This document shows positions 61,493 to 64,000 of a DNA stretch of 64,000 nucleotides, one piece after another. Source of the stretch: Minutocellus sp. GHC0000111 (lineage: Eukaryota); assembly GCA_977018835.1 (NCBI GenBank), contig OZ361257.1:1240001-1304000 (forward strand), read 5' to 3'. Made by a program: the position numbers and the translations under genes. The notes under the pieces were generated by a model, which saw only the letters and a list, made by a program, of their open reading frames with translations, made no database searches and was not told the origin of the DNA. How positions within the stretch are numbered: the stretch's first letter is position 1; every line of letters begins with the position of its first letter.

Positions 61493-62425
61493 CTATGCAA
61501 AACTCGGTACAAGATCCTTGGCCCTTCGCTTGATGCGGGAGGAATGCATCTTGGATCGCATAAGCCACGTTACCTCCAACGATTGACGAGTTGGCTTCCA
61601 CGACGCAATTTCATATTCTTTTCCCCATTCAATTCTGGCCCACATCCGTTCGTACACAAACATGAGAGCAGTCTTGAAGATGGCGTCACTGCCTGCAATC
61701 TTGGATGCGACAGACAAGTCCTTAGATATGAGCAAACCAGCCGCCAGCGTATTGCATATGGCAAAAAGACGCCAAGTCAATGCCTTCACCAGGCTTCGTC
61801 CCACGTCATCGGCACCCTTGTCACGACCAGCGGAACTCTGGTTCATGAGTCGCTCCCCGATGAACATGGTAAGGGCCTTGGAAAAAAAGTCCGATCCGAC
61901 GATGGAAAGGGCAACCTTGAGAGATCCCGAGAATTGCAACGAGGTGAAGAGCGTCACAGATCCGGCAATGAACCTCCAAAGCATTGCCTTGATGGCACTT
62001 CGTCTTGCCGACTCGCTGAAGCTTACGACCTGGCCATTGATCTGCTCGACCAGGAGGACATTCTTCTTTTCCTCGAGGTCATCAACGAGACGCTGGTACT
62101 TGTTGGCTTTGGCGAGGTACTTGATCCGCTTTGTGTTGGCTTTTTGAAGGCCCCTGTCGAGACTGTTCAAAACAGCTTGATTGCCTTTCGACAGGGTGGA
62201 CGGCATTTGTCGCAGATTCTTGTCGTCAGGTGCCACTGCAGGCATGCCCAGGTGCGGATCAGCTGCGACCATGTGCAATGTAGCGATGTTGTGAGAGATT
62301 CGTCTACTTCTGCCCCTCCCCGTTGAAAGTGCCAATGCTGCTGCTGTGCTGGTTGACGACGACGTCGAGAAAGCCTCTACTGCCGTGGAGCAGAGGAAAC
62401 CGATGAGGAGTAGAAGGTGGTTCAT
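61493..62425 (-). CDS. Plastid-targeted membrane protein with two DUF2061-like repeats
   Basis: Signal peptide ending VEA-F plus Ser/Thr-rich transit peptide; RSAIKAMLWR and RSLVKALTWR repeats; YERMWARIEWG. Confidence 0.8.
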   Translation of the reverse strand: MNHLLLLIGFLCSTAVEAFSTSSSTSTAAALALSTGRGRSRRISHNIATLHMVAADPHLGMPAVAPDDKNLRQMPSTLSKGNQAVLNSLDRGLQKANTKRIKYLAKANKYQRLVDDLEEKKNVLLVEQINGQVVSFSESARRSAIKAMLWRFIAGSVTLFTSLQFSGSLKVALSIVGSDFFSKALTMFIGERLMNQSSAGRDKGADDVGRSLVKALTWRLFAICNTLAAGLLISKDLSVASKIAGSDAIFKTALMFVYERMWARIEWGKEYEIASWKPTRQSLEVTWLMRSKMHSSRIKRRAKDLVPSFA

Positions 62426-62783
62426 TGTCTGTTTCACTTTTATTTGTCGTCCAATGCCGAGATTCGATTCAATGGTGGCCAAGCCCTCCAAGCATCGGCT
62501 CATTGCCTGCCCAGCCACACAGAAACAATTTCTCCGAAAAAATAATTTGGCGGAAATCGGAAAATGTGGCCTCGGTTTTTAATGACGTGGCAAAAGTGCC
62601 GGCTTGCTCGCGAAAAGATGGTCCCTCGACCTCATTCTCTTCAAATAAATGGTGTGGAGGCCGGCGGGGAATGGGCGATAGCTAAGCCGGGCACGACGTC
62701 CATATTACACCAACTGCTCGGTACGCTAAAAACAATAGCTCTCTGCAGCATTCCAACGAGCGGACCAAGACAGCACAGAAGCA

Positions 62784-63347
62784 ATGGGCCTCCTGTCAAT
62801 CCTCAAAAAGGTGAAAGAAAAGGAGAAGGAGCTTCGGCTGCTGATACTGGGACTGGACAATGCCGGGAAGACGACGATTCTGCGCAAATTCTCCGGCGAA
62901 CCGATCGATACCATCGAGCCCACCCTAGGATTCAACATCAAAACTCTCGAGCATGGCGGATACAAGCTCAATTTTTGGGACATCGGCGGCCAAAAGACCA
63001 TCCGGGCCTACTGGCGCAACTACTTTGAGCGGACCGATGGACTGATCTGGGTCGTCGACAGCTCCGACCGGCATCGCTTGGAGCTGTGCCGTGCCGAGCT
63101 GCAGGATTTGCTGACGCAGGAGAAGTTGGCCGGTGCCTCCCTCCTCATTCTGGCCAACAAGCAGGATCTGGCCGGGGCCGCCTCGGCCGAGGAGATTGCC
63201 AAGATATTGTGCTTGGAAACCGATGACAAATTCGCCAATCGCCATTGGTCCATCTATGGGTGCAGTGCCGTGACGGGGTCGGGACTCGCCGAGGGGATGG
63301 ATTGGATGGTGTCTGATATCAGTGGCGGGATATTCATGCTGAGTTAG
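62784..63347 (+). CDS. ARL2: ADP-ribosylation factor-like GTPase 2
   Basis: [70 protein letters not shown]. Confidence 0.97.
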   Translation: MGLLSILKKVKEKEKELRLLILGLDNAGKTTILRKFSGEPIDTIEPTLGFNIKTLEHGGYKLNFWDIGGQKTIRAYWRNYFERTDGLIWVVDSSDRHRLELCRAELQDLLTQEKLAGASLLILANKQDLAGAASAEEIAKILCLETDDKFANRHWSIYGCSAVTGSGLAEGMDWMVSDISGGIFMLS

Positions 63348-63968
63348 CTACCGGTAGGCTACGTAGCTGCTGCAGAGATTTGCTGAGAAAAGCCATTTAT
63401 TGGTCACGTAGCCCTCTCTAGCTAGTCTACATGTATCTAGGATAAGTAAAAAAATAGACTCCATGCATACGCGTGGGAAGGATGGATCATCGCCAATCTA
63501 CTGCATGCTCAATTCAATCCACTCGTTTCATTAGATCTACTTGTGAGAGCGACAATGCTGTTCGATCATCATCTCCATCCATCCATGTGCCATCAGTCAC
63601 AAGTTAGAAAGCTGCTAGATCTACATGTAGCTACGTAGATATCTAGCTAGAGCAGGCAGGCCTCGATCCAACGGGTCGGCTTCCTTTCTCACGCTAACAC
63701 ATTATTGGTACACTGAGAGAAGCCAGTCTGCCATCCGAGCTCATCCATCATCATCAAGCAGCATTTCGATTTCGTTTCATTTCAATTTATTCATCGAAAA
63801 TACCAATGTCCCATGTACACCCGCGCCACCGCTACCGCGGGGCTCGGCTGGCGAAAAATGCGCGAAACGACCCAGCATCCCAGCGACCGACCCAGCGCAA
63901 GATGAAGATGGCATAAAAAGCGAAGCCAAGGCGAACACACACAAGTGGCGTTTGACGACAAAACAATC

Positions 63969-64000
63969 ATGGCCGACGACTCGGAGGCAATGGACGATGT
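63969..64000 (+). CDS. Probable start of a gene running off the window (MADDSEAMDD)
   Basis: ATG after an A/C-rich leader, open to the window edge. Confidence 0.4.
   Translation, partial: MADDSEAMDD

Overview
Gene-dense eukaryotic nuclear DNA, almost certainly from a diatom (silicanin-type gene, short GT-AG introns, a bipartite plastid presequence). About 25 protein genes lie on two gene-rich arms (0-38 kb and 50.7-64 kb), separated by a ~12.5 kb island of decayed transposon DNA (38-50.4 kb). Many genes carry single frameshifts or in-frame stops, which points to an error-rich consensus. The best observation is a 2.6 kb element (38023-40645) encoding a decayed RAG1/Transib/Chapaev-type transposase. 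Its two ends read CACAGC(A/C)-spacer-CGGATGA with spacers of exactly 12 and 23 bp, an RSS-like 12/23 geometry. A second copy of the 12-type end sits at 45379 in front of unrelated cargo. Parts of the island are nearly devoid of TpA as well as CpG, suggesting a repeat-targeted A-to-G mutational process. Other points: a silicanin gene cut off next to a palindrome-array element end, an Mx-like dynamin with a MATH-like insert, a TA-flanked Tc1/pogo-type element, and chains of TA-bounded micro-palindromes between genes. All calls come from reading motifs by eye; no searches were run.
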